From assembly GCA_002269645.1 (NCBI GenBank), contig NIVC01004235.1, positions 1 through 53,899 on the forward strand: a stretch of DNA of 53,899 nt, in the 5' to 3' direction. This document shows positions 22,774-34,700 of this stretch, piece by piece; positions within the stretch are counted from its first letter, which is position 1, and every line of letters begins with the position of its first letter. The notes below the pieces were generated by a model. The model saw only the letters and a program-made list of their open reading frames with translations, was not told the DNA's origin and did no database searches. The stretch comes from Macrostomum lignano (taxonomy: Eukaryota). A program made the position numbers and the translations under genes.

Positions 22774-24499
22774 GGGAAACGCGGATCAAATATTGATAAG
22801 ACAAATAGATGCCGTTATTGAATAGGACGTCTTGTCAGGTTTTAAAATGAGATTAAAACATAGTGTTTTTGCATGAAATTTATTTCGAATACATTATCAG
22901 TCTCAGTAAAAATGACACGAGGGCTGGATAAGTAACAATTCTTGCAAACTTAACTCAAACAAAAATCTAACAAATTGAGAAAAAACACACTGGAGTAGCC
23001 TCAACTGTAGATAAATTTTGATGGAATAAGTTATTAAGGGTAAATAATTGGTGAATAAATAAATATTTTAAATATTCACTCTATAAAAGTGCAAATTATT
23101 GAACTTTAACCAGCCAGTGCAATATAGTTTTCCACAAAAATGAAGGAAAGTAATGAGGCTGAGGCACTGCCCAAAGCCAATTCAGACAACCAACTGTTTA
23201 AGAGACAGATCTTCTACTACCTACAAGAAATTTGACAGGTGAAAGAGGCATTTGACAGGCCTAGCTTAGCAGCTATGGTTTTCTATTGCAATAATGCACA
23301 TTTATTAATTCAAAATCAATCATCTGCGTTACTTTCCAGATCTGGCTGCCAAAATGTCAAAATTAATTTAAATACATTGTGAGAGGCCTCCTAGCAGAAG
23401 CCTATGTCCTGGCACTCAGGAGGTGGAGTGGATAGATCCATTGCATTAGACTTGGAGGGGGGCTATATTTTAAAAGTATTGTGTACCTACTTAGGGAGCT
23501 TAGATATGAGATCACTGACATCTGTTTTTAAGAATTACCTATAAAAATAGCAATTTTTTCTTTAGTCTCCCATATATTTTAGGCCTAAAATTGACGTATT
23601 TAGGCATATATGTGCAACCCCCCCCCCTGATTTACACTGGCCATGTGACTTACTTTTTGACCAAAAATGTGACTTACTTATGAAAGAAACCCTAAAGCAA
23701 ATGAATGCAATTTTGGGTAAATGGCAGGAGTAACTATGGCTGTCTTATTAAGGATAAATGCCTCATCATCTAATTAGTATTATGTTTGTATTCTTTGGGT
23801 AGGAATTTTTGCAAGTTACCCCTAGTCTACTACAATTTATGGTGGCTGGATTGGCTCTAGGTTGGCCAGCAGTTGTGCATGTATGTATTTAGGCATTGTT
23901 GCAAAGGTTTTGGCTCTTCTTGGCCTAGCTAGATATTTTTTTCAATATATAAAGGATAAAAAAGTTAAAAATGATATTAAGGTTAAGCATAAAAACGAAT
24001 TGGTCAAATAAAAAAGGTATGTTAAATTAGCATTCAGCAAAAAACTAGTTTTCAGCAAAATAATCACACTACACCTGTTTTTAGGCAAAATTTGAACTAA
24101 ATCGGTTGAGCCTTTTAGGAGATAATTGATTTCCTACAAACAAACAAGCAAGATTTTCATTTTTAGTATATGGATATATTATAAAAGTAATAAAAAAATA
24201 GGGATAACTATACAAACTAAAGGTTTTGTAACTTTTTTTAGTTTACTATTTTTTTATAAAGTAAGTTGTTTTTTACTTAGGCAAGGGCAAGTAAGATTTA
24301 GTATAGGTGGATGGACTAATAAAATAGAGTGCAAATAATAAATGGTTTTTAATTTTGAATTATTGCTTCTAATATATTAATACAATAGGAATTTCTATTA
24401 GATCTTTATTAATGTACCAGTAATTTTATAGTACATTAATGTACTATTAATTTGCCTAAAATTTTTCCTATGACAAAAAAATATAGCCATTTTGCTATT

Positions 24500-25892
24500 C
24501 TGCTTCTTAGGCTTATAGGCAATGACTAGGCCCCACTTTGGAAGGGTCTCTATCCTGAAGAAGGGCACCTCTACAAGCCTTGACAACCAATGCAGCATTG
24601 CACTGGAGTGCACGCTGCCAAAGCTGCTAAATGTAGTGTTGTGCAATTGGCTCCTTCCTGTCTTGAACTTGATGCTGCTTGGGCTACAAAGCAGCTTCAG
24701 GCCAGGCAGATCCACCACAGAGCAGATTGTCAAAACCTGCAAGACTCATCTTCAAGCCATGTCTATTGTCTTTATTGACTTCCGGAAGGCCTTTAACTCT
24801 GTCAGCAAGATGGCTTTAGCCTGGCTCCTGGCTCAGTATGGCATCTCCAACACCCTGGTGATGGCAGTTATGGACCTATACCACAACTCCAAGGCATTTG
24901 TTGACTCTAGCAATGGCTTTATGGACGAGTTTGATACCACTTCCGGGGTGCTGCAAGGGGACCTGCTATCTCCCCTGCTTTTCATTCTGGCTGTTGACTA
25001 CATCCTGCACTGCTGCCTTCGAGACAACAACAGCTTTATCCTTGCACCTCAGCGTAGCTCCTGTGATACTGCTATGATGCTCGCAGCCCTTGCCTATGCT
25101 AATAACATTGCGCTGCTATGCCAAGACCCTATAGCAGCCTAGCATACTCTTACTTGACTCTCCAAGGAAGGCATTTGGATCGGCCTGCAGATTAATGCAG
25201 GCAAGACAGAGATACTGCATGTGGGTGCTGACAATGCCCCACTGCTGACCCTGTCCAATGGCAAGGCCATCTCAATGTGCAGCGACTTCTGGTACTTAGG
25301 CACCCTCATGATGAGCCCAGAGGCAATCATTGTGGACAGGAGGACCCAGGCCTGGCACGCCATGCACCACCTCAAGCCAATCTTTACCTCTAGAGTATGG
25401 GACAACCTGAAGATCCACCTGTTCCTCGCTGCCATAGAGCCAAACCTTCTCTATGGCATGGAGGCTGTCCTGATGACAACCACGCGAAAGCAGGCCCTGG
25501 ACATGATGCACTGCAACCTGCTATATAAGGTGCTAGGCGTATGCTACTGGCAATCCTCCTGATGGCCCAGTTGATGGCAAGATCAAAATCGCTATTCCTT
25601 AGTGCCACCCTTTGCCAGCATCGCTAGGCCCTACTGGGACACTTCCTACAACAGTTCGCCTACAAGGGCAACAACCTGCTTGGACTGGCTGTTCTGCACC
25701 CACCAATCAAATGGTTCTCCTGCAGCTAAGGACAGACCCAGACCCTTTGAGACACTTGTTGCCAACTTGGAGGCAATTGGACTGACTTCCCAGACTGCTG
25801 CAACCTGCCCTGCCCCTTTTTTCTGCAATCGTGTGCACATTAGCGCCCCCCCCCCCTCAACCCTAGCATTGTTGTAATGTAATGTAATGTAA
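24500..25892 (+). mobile_element. Decayed, 5'-truncated RTE-like non-LTR retrotransposon (reverse transcriptase)
   Basis: RT motifs FRPGRSTTEQI, VFIDFRKAFNSV, GVLQGDLLSPLLFIL, LAYANNIALL (YADD position), GLQINAGKTE, FWYLG, LLYGME; in-frame stops at 25140, 25155 and 25560; 3' tail (TGTAA)4 at 25873-25892. Confidence 0.88.
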
Positions 25893-27431
25893 TACTAGGC
25901 CCTATGAAAATAACATGCTTTGGGTTTGCTATTTAGGCCCTATAGGCTATATGCTTAAAATCTTATCTTATGCAAGCATATTAGTTTTATGCATTCATTG
26001 GAGAAAGAACTATTTTGTTATTTATACAGCCACTGGAGCAATAACAACTGCCTAGTATTTAAAGGGTAGGCCTAGTTTAAAGCCATAAAGAGACAAAACT
26101 GGATGCTTAATTTAATACAGTGTGTCAACATGTCAATTAAAATAAAAAAATCTAATATATTATTTTTAAGCCTCTACATTCTCTATAATGTGCCTAGGGA
26201 GGGGGGCTATATTTGATTTGTCATGTCATGCCAGTGCCAGGTATCCAGTCAATCCGGCGCCAATGAATCAGGCGATGGCATGCATAGTAGCATGACATGA
26301 GTCATGACAGCAAATACAAAAGTTTATAAAACTTGATGGTATCGGGTGAATGGAAACTAAACAAATTTTAGCATCAAAATATTTTGTGAAAAGTGGTTGT
26401 CACTGCTACCATTCTATTTAACATAAACAGAAAACACGTCTAGGTATTAAAAATACTGCTTTAATAACCACAAAAGCCTGCTGGAAGTTTTTTTCCATGA
26501 AAAACATTTATGTTCGTAATACTCGTTTAAGAGTAAACAAGAAAAGCCTGTATAACAAACATTAACTTTTGTCAGCAGTGATATAATTTTAATTTTTTTA
26601 ATCGAACTTTAATTTTTTTAACAGTTTCTAAAAAGTGCTACTAAAACATTTAATTAAAAAACAATGATTTGTACATACGCTTTACAATTCTAAATTCCAG
26701 GATCCAGTGCAATTCAAATTCGAGTCATTCCATATTGAATGAAGAAGAAAGTAAGTCAGTAAGTGTTGTTTGGTGTGCTTACTAGGCCCTAATCTTAGTA
26801 CCAGAGGTTAGACTGAAGGCTAGCTAGCTGCATTTCGTTAATCTTTATCGTTAATAGTACCCACTACAGCCGTTAATTTTTTGTTGCAATTAGGGCCTAT
26901 TATAATTTATTCTTTCTTTCGGTCTATCAATTATGTAATAATTTATAAAGGCTTGTGTGCCAGTCTGCCAGGCCAGAGTGTAGATTTAACAAAAGAAAAA
27001 ACACTGGCTGAGTGACTTTTTGTGAACGATAAAGTGTTTATAAGCACTTATTAGTCCGAAACTATTGTTCAGATAAACTAAGAAAGAAAAAAAATAGAGT
27101 GAAGTCATAGGTCTACTCTGTCTAGTTAGTCTAGTAGTATTGATAGCAGATAGGTGTAATTAAATAAACACAGTCAGTATTTTCATTTTCTACTAAACAA
27201 AGAGCAACAGCCAAAGCTTGATATGAATAAAGTAAATGTTTTTGGACATAAAAGTGGGACACTAGGAAAGGTCAACAAAGTGTTTGAAATAGAAACTGGG
27301 TAAGCTTTTTAATGATATTTAATTTTTTTTTATCAATTTTTTAGGCCTATTACATGTTCTTTGAAATTATGCTTTTGCTATATTATATTCTGCTAGTTGT
27401 CTAGTTATTTTATTTGCTATGTTATAATTAA

Positions 27432-29052
27432 GGCAGTTGTTAGGCTTATTTGTCCAGTAGTGTTCCGCCGCCGCGAGTTTTGACCTCCGTAACCGTAACC
27501 GTAGCCGTAAGAAAGAAGCAACTTCCGTAGCCGAATTTTGCCGTCATTACGGGCTAAAAAAGTCCGTAACCGTAATTTGCCGTAACCGTAGTTGTAATGT
27601 ATAACAAAAATTGATTTTTTGCATGAAAAGTAGGGCAGACAGAAAAGGACAGATAAAAAGGATAAAAGGATAGCAATAAAACCTACTTGTTGTTCATTCA
27701 TGCATTAATATTCATTTATTTTTTTGTAAATATAATATCTTTATCGAAGTATTCTATAGCATTGTTGTATGCAATTGTGTGCTTGGTGCCTTTTTCAGTT
27801 TTCTGTGTTGTGATTCTGTTTTGTTTTGCTACAATATGAATATATGACTGACGTGCCAAGGTCAATGTGTATGTTTAATATCATTAAATAAATATATGAA
27901 TTTGTTCAAATGAATTTTGAAATTTTGTTCAAAAACTGCTTCAAAATTTCCTATGACTAAAAAATTGCATGTTACATTTTTTCATTTTCATTTTATTGCA
28001 TTGTCTATTGTATTGTCTTCTTTGGTTTCAATCAATTTTCAATCATAATTCATATTCTTATCCTATTAGTATTTATTTAGTATTTCCTTATTAATATTCT
28101 TTCATCCTTATCCTCATAATCTAAATCTAATATCCTATTTTTATGCTAAGGAGCTAAATGCTACATATGGCTAAGAAATAAGAATGCCAGATTCTTAGTC
28201 TCTTGTAGGCTTTGACTGGCTCTCTCTGTCTCGCTGCTATCATGCTATCGCCATGCTATGCTATGCCGTATGCCTAATGAGAAAATTCGTGAAAAAATTC
28301 GTTTTTCATTTTCAAGAAGTTTCGTAGATATTTAGAAACTTAACAAATATAAAAAATAATAATAACTAGTAAAACAAAATGAAAACTGGTTGAAGTTGAT
28401 ATAAAAAAATTCTTTTATAACACTAAACAGTTAAAAATAAATAATTTTACGGCAAATTAATTACGGCAAGTCTAGAAAAATCTCCGTAATCCGTAACCGT
28501 AACCGTAAGCTCAAAATATGTCCGTAACTGTAATCCGTAATGAAAATATGGCTTCAAAAGTGTCGTAGCCGTAATTTGCCATAGCCGTAGCCATAATTAC
28601 GGCGGAACACTATTGTCCAGTGACTGGACAAATAGCAATGTGGTTATTACTTATTTGTCCAGTTACTAGATAATGACCATGCTTTCCTATTCATCCAGTT
28701 AATACCAGACAAATAGGCATTTTGTTATTTGTCCGGTAAAATAGATAATTGCTAAAATATCTATTTCATAAAAACTACAAGGGTAATATTCATAGACTTC
28801 AAAGACTTCTTACTCATATCTTGATTATTATGTTGTTATACTAGTGTGTCTTATACACCAAATTATGCCAAACTGAATACACTGCTTTGCTTATACTAGT
28901 ATAGAAGAAAATTAATCAGTATACGAGAATGAGAAAAGGTCTTAAAAATCTAGAATATTCATCACGAAACAAATAGATACTTGTGTTAGCAATTTAACCG
29001 GACAAATAGCAAAAAGGCTATTCGTCTGGTCACCGGACAAATAACAACTGCC
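27432..29052. mobile_element. MULE/Mutator-like non-autonomous element interrupted by a hAT MITE
   Basis: Ends GGCAGTTGTTA..TTATTTGTCC / GGACAAATAACAACTGCC; identical 9-bp flanks TATAATTAA (27423-27431 and 29053-29061); internal TTATTTGTCCRG repeats in both orientations. About 460 bp without the insert. Confidence 0.75.
27458..28612. mobile_element. hAT-family MITE, 1155 bp
   Basis: Perfect 13-bp TIR TAGTGTTCCGCCG / CGGCGGAACACTA; perfect 8-bp TSD TTGTCCAG (27450-27457 and 28613-28620); clustered subterminal CCGTAA/CCGTAG motifs at both ends; no transposase ORF. Confidence 0.9.
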
Positions 29053-29818
29053 TATAATTAAATGCCCAGTTAGCCTAAAGACATTCTTTCATCTTATAGT
29101 ACCTATATCCTATTGTATAGCTTAGTTTTGTTATACAAAATTGTAAGTAAGAAGTAAAAAAGAGAATAATAAGAATTGAAATAAATGTAGCCAGGTGCAA
29201 AAATCCTACTCATAGTTTATTAAAGCATAGTCCTTATATTCACTTTTATTATAGGGCCTATAATATTCTTAATAGACAATTTGTTAAAACAAAAGTATAA
29301 TTGTTAATCAATTTGTTAGTTAACTGTTAAGGTTAATAGTATATTATAAAATAAAAGTAAGGGGATACCAAGTTGGGGTTTCATGTGCTAATGTATACTC
29401 TACTTATTATTAAATTTTGCACTAATATCTTTGCTAATCTGGGTTTTATTTTTTGCCAGAGACAAGGTGCAAAATCGTACCCTGTGCTTAATTTCAGGTC
29501 TCAGAGTGCAATTTCTCTATTTTCTAATTTCAAGGCAGTGCAAATGAGGTTTTAATGAAAAAATAGGTTATGAGACCATACTTAAACCGCACCCACTTTT
29601 CAATTTCTAGGTGCAATTTTAAAATTTAGGGTGCATATGCACACTCTACGCACAAAAAAATAAACCCAGTTTGCTATTTTCTTTTAGGAATTTCAATTGC
29701 AGTACCCTGTAATGACTTTGTCTATTTGTTCCAATGACTGTCTTTTTGACATTGATTATGATAATGGCTAGATGCGAAATTAAAAGAGTTTTGCTTAATT
29801 TGTTAGACTTAACATTTT

Positions 29819-30755
29819 GGGTACAGGTCACATTGGCAAAAAGACATTTTGGCAAAAGCCAATTGAACTGATATATCAGAATTTAAAATTGTACCTAGTG
29901 TAAATAAAAGTCTAATCAAGAATCAATTCAATCAAAGCCAATTTAGTAAAGCTAAGTATACACAAAACTTAATAGCTACTGCAGTAACAATAATACATGT
30001 ATTCTATATACATTATTATTCTAGTTTAATCTATGTACATATATATTGTACATCTAGCATACATATATGTGATGATTTTAACATGTATTTAGATTGGAAG
30101 CAAGCATTATAAAAACTACTAGCAATACATATATGCATATATGATGTTGCAATTTATAGTGCATAATGAGGCGGAATGCCCTTTTATTTCAATAGATAGA
30201 ATGGGAGCAAAGAGTTTTATGCTGCTTTGTACATATATTTATATTTACACAAACTGCACGAGATTCATGAGGGGCCTAGGGAGGTGCAAATAGGTGGCAT
30301 GGCATGATAGGCTATGCCAATCCCCTGGCTTAGCAAGCCAGCTAGCAGTGTGCAACCACCCCATCTCAGCTAGATAGAGGTTGGAGGGGTTTCTAGTGTG
30401 GCTGCATTGGTGCTACCAGTCGCATACAGTCTGGCCACCACAATATAGTGCTTCATTGTATATTCACAGTTATATGCAATTAATGTTTGATGTTTACATT
30501 TAAACAAATATAGTATCAGAAAATGATACTAATATACTTATATACCATACAAATTACAATATGCTAAGTTATAACTTTTAAATACTAGGTACATATAGTT
30601 CAAATATACTGCCATATACACAAAGTAATTTGGTCAATCAATGATTAAGGTTCCCGCTATTTGTTAACCCCTTTCACTGAAGTGACTAATAATATCTAAC
30701 TCAAGCCTAAATGCCCTTTGCCAAAAGGTCTTTTTTGCCAAAATGACTGTAACCC
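29819..30755. mobile_element. MITE-like element with imperfect ~40-bp TIRs
   Basis: Left end GGGTACAGGTCACATTGGCAAAAAGACATTTTGGCAAAAG; right end reverse-complement GGGTTACAGTCATTTTGGCAAAAAAGACCTTTTGGCAAAGG; flanks AACATTTT / AACATTTC (7/8 match). Confidence 0.6.
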
Positions 30756-30954
30756 AACATTTCTATCTTTACTTTTGTAATATAATACCCCCAATGAACA
30801 TCTTTAATTATAGGCATTAAGTATTATGAAACAAAAGTAAATATAAGGATCCTGTTCTATAAACTTATGTCTTCACTACCGTGACATAACCTCTATTTTT
30901 TAGGACTTCCATTTCTTTATATCTAAATATACTAAATCTTTAAGGTTTATATAT

Positions 30955-30956
<2 letters not shown>

Positions 30957-31036
<80 letters not shown>
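30957..31036. repeat. (GCTT)20 microsatellite
   Basis: Perfect tetranucleotide run. Confidence 0.97.
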
Positions 31037-31038
<2 letters not shown>

Positions 31039-31769
31039 CCATAATGCACTAGAGTTTGCTTGCCTTGACCAATTTTCTTCAAATTTTATACTATTTTCCA
31101 TTGGGAAAATATGGATATTGTAAGATAAAAGAGTGCCAAAAGACAAATAATGTTATACTAAACTAAACTTAAAGGGAATATAATTTAATGTCTTCATATT
31201 CTACAATGCATATGCTTTTTAATTTTAATACTCTAATATTTTAGCATCCTAGTTTGCTTTTTGATTCCTTAGGCCTAGCTTAATAAGGGTTACAAGAAAA
31301 TTTTCCAATAAAAATATACATTGATATGTCATGGTATGGATCTTAGGCCCCCTATTAAAAGGTTTTTAAAGATATATATTTCATAAATATTGGTCTAAGA
31401 ATAAAAAAACTTTGATTATTTACTAAAATAAAATACTATTTTTTATTTTTTGAAGGAAAAAATCCTTTGTTTTTCCCATTTTTAATTGCTCACTGGACCC
31501 TCTAACCTTGGTTTGTACTAGAAAGTTTCTAATATGATAAATTACCTTTTGAACTTAAGTATTAGTCATTTTCTTAAACTTATTTTGCTTGTTTATTATT
31601 TCAAAAATCTGGTTTTACATTGAAATTGATATTGTAGCTTATATGTTAGTAACTAGTATGTCTTCCCTAGAGCTAATTGTTTAGGGCAGTAACACACTCT
31701 CTTAGTCCTGGTGTGTCCAGTGATTCTAATTCAATTTTATCACAAGGCTTCTTTTTTATTAATTTTTAG

Positions 31770-34700
31770 GCTGCAGCTTGTAGTGCAAAACAGTGGATAC
31801 AGCAGTGGACAAAGGGCGCATCCTCAGGTTGGCCATTTCACCCAGGTAGCTTTTGATCAGTCTGGGCAGCGCCTTCTGGCTGCCGATCATCTCGGCCACT
31901 TTTATCTGTTCGACTTTGGACGCGGCAGGTTTGTGTAAACTTTTTTAAAGTATGCTTGCTTGGAAGTCTCAGATACAATTCGCTAGTCTCTTTCATCTAA
32001 TGGGTCAGTGAGCTCTCCCCAGCAGCTCGCACCACGACAGCCCTGCTCAGCAACATTAGTTTGGAGCTTCTGTGTCAGGGCCGTTGTTAATGTGTGCGCT
32101 CTACTCTCTCCCCACGAGAGGGGTTGTAGGGACTGTACTGTAGCCGTGGGTTCGATTCCCGATCCCACTCGGAACACTTAACTCTGCATTCCTTCAGTTC
32201 ACCCAGCTGTAAAATGGGTGCCAGCATTAGCTGGGGTAATTGAGGGTGTGTGGCGACCCCCAGTCCTTGGAATAGCTGCGGCTGAGCTGTCGGTTGCACA
32301 TCTGCCTATTAGGGCAGGTGTAATCAATTATTATATAATTATATCATCTGTCCCCAGATTCGAGCACGTCCTGCACACCCGTCACCCGTGCACTGCGCTC
32401 TCCTTCGGCCTCCGAGATCGTCGCCAATTTCTCGCCGCCTTAGCCGACGGCGATGTCCGCCTGCTGGCAATCGGGCAGAGCGGCTCGGGGCCCGCCAGCG
32501 AGCTGGCAACTCTCAGCGGGCACTCTGCCGCAGTTACTGGCATCAGCCCTCATTCTGGCGGTCGCTACGTGCTCACCACAGATCCCGACGTCACCCTGCT
32601 GTGGGATGTCGACGCTCGGTCTAGACTGCGTCGGTTGAGCGTACGCGAAGATGTGCAGTTATTGCTAGCCAGCTTTGTGCCAACTAGGAATTTGATCTTG
32701 ACCGCCTTTCGCGACGACAGCCTGTTTCTGTGGGACTCGGAGACGCTGCAGTGCAGGGGTCAGCTGCCCACTCCGCCGCCGCCTCTGCAGCTGTCCGGAT
32801 TGTCCACTGGCGCTGAGGGTAAGTGGCCGGATGCCAATATGTCAGACGGGATTATCTCTGGTGCGGCTCTTGCTTTTTTAATCCTGTGACTCTTTGTTCT
32901 TTTCTGATGATTGTTTTCCTCTTATTTCAGGCCTAAGACTTTGTTTTGATATTTTCCAGCCCATTGTTCTCCTATTGTTCAGGCTCTTTGTTCTGGTGTT
33001 ATTCCAACTCTTTATTCTTATGTTTTTCCAACTTAGTCCGACTCTTTGTTCTGGTATTATTCAGGCTCTTTGTTCTAATACCTATTGTTCCAACTCTTTG
33101 TTCTGGTATTATTCTGACTCTTTGTTCCTGTTTTATTCAGGCTCTTTGTTCTGGTACCTATTGTTCCGTCTCTTTGTTCTGATATTATTCCGACTCTTTG
33201 TTCTGGTGTTTTTCCGACTATTTGTTCTGGTGTTTTTCCGACTCTTTGTTCTGGTGTTTTTCCGACTCTTTGTTCTGGTGTTTTTCCGACTCTTTGTTCT
33301 GGTGTTTTTCCGACTATTTGTTCTGGTGTTTTTCCGACTCTGGTCTGGTACCTAATATTCCAACTCTTTGTTGTGGTACTCCTTTATGTGTCACTCCTTT
33401 AAACGTGGCAATAATCGATCCGTCAGTCTTTGTTTAACCTATCACTCATTTATGTATTCAATATGCTTTCTCTTAGATTTTCACTCAATTTTGACTCGCT
33501 ACTCGCTAACCAGTCATTCCCTCTGGCAAAATATCCACAGCCGAGCTGGGCCCTCGCTATCGCAGCCTGGACTTCACACCCGACGGTCGCCAGCTAGTAG
33601 CCTGCGGTCGAACTCGACAGGTGCACGTGTGGGATCTGGATAGCCTGCAGATGGCCAGGGTTCTGGAGCTGCCAGCTAGTGTGGGAATGCAACTCTGCCC
33701 GCTGAGACAGGTGATGAGGGAGTGCAGCTGGATTCATTTATCAGATTTTTTAGGTTCAGGTGATTTGGTTTCAGATTTTGTAGGTTCAGGTGATTTGGTT
33801 TCAGATTTTGTAGGTTCAGGTGATTTGGTTTCAGATTTTGTAGGTTCAGGTGATTTGGTTTCAGATTTTGTAGTTTCAGGTGATTTGGTTTCAGATTTTG
33901 TAGTTTCAGGTGATTTGGTTTCAGATTTTGTAGGTTCTGGTGATTTGGTTTCAGATTTTGTAGGTTCAGGTGATTTGGTTTCAGATTTTGTAGGTTCAGG
34001 TGATTTGGTTTCAGATTTTGTAGGTTCAGGTGATTTGGTTTCAGATTTTGTAGGTTCAGGTGATTTGGTTTCAGATTTTGTAGGTTCAGGTGATTTGGTT
34101 TCAGATTTTGTAGGTTCAGGTGATTTGGTTTCAGATTTTGTAGGTTCTGGTGATTTGGTTTCAGATTTTGTAGGTTCAGGTGATTTGGTTTCAGATTTTG
34201 TAGGTTCAGGTGATTTGGTTTCAGGTTTTGTAGGTTCAGGTGATTTGGTTTCAGATTTTGTAGGTTCAGGTGATTTGGTTTCAGATTTTGTAGGTTCAGG
34301 TGATTTGGTTTCAGATTTTGTAGGTTCAGGTGATTTGGTTTCAGATTTTGTAGGTTCAGGTGATTTGGTTTCAGGTTTTGTAGGTTCAGGTGATTTGGTT
34401 TCAGATTTTGTAGGTTCAGGTGTGATTTGGTTTCAGATTTTGTAGGTTCAGGTGATTTGGTTTCAGATTTTGTAGTTTCAGGTGATTTGGTTTCAGATTT
34501 TGTAGTTTCAGGCGATTTGGTTTCAGATTTTGTAGGTTCAGGTGATTTGGTTTCAGATTTTGTAGGTTCAGGTGATTTGGTTTCAGATTTTGTAGGTTTA
34601 GGTTTGCAGACTCCATGTGAAACATGAATTTACTTTGACTTCTCCACACCTGTCAGGTGGCCTTTGCCAGCTCGCCTGACGCTGTCAGATCCGTGAATTT

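Noticed and set aside
22460-22825. Pro/Ala-rich plus-strand ORF of 121 aa and similar shadows of lectin, PCIF1, TBC1D31 and DEG/ENaC exons
   Set aside because: Antisense or alternate-frame shadows of GC-rich real exons.
23885-26061. Second MULE-like copy enclosing the RTE (right end ATAACAACTGCC at 26041-26052)
   Set aside because: The candidate left end at ~23892 matches TIR and TSD only loosely, so it cannot be supported.
31648-31710. Candidate TBC1D31 first exon ATGTCTTCCCTAGAG...CCTG|GTGTGT
   Set aside because: Two in-frame TAG stops, weak donor and no similarity to ortholog N-termini.
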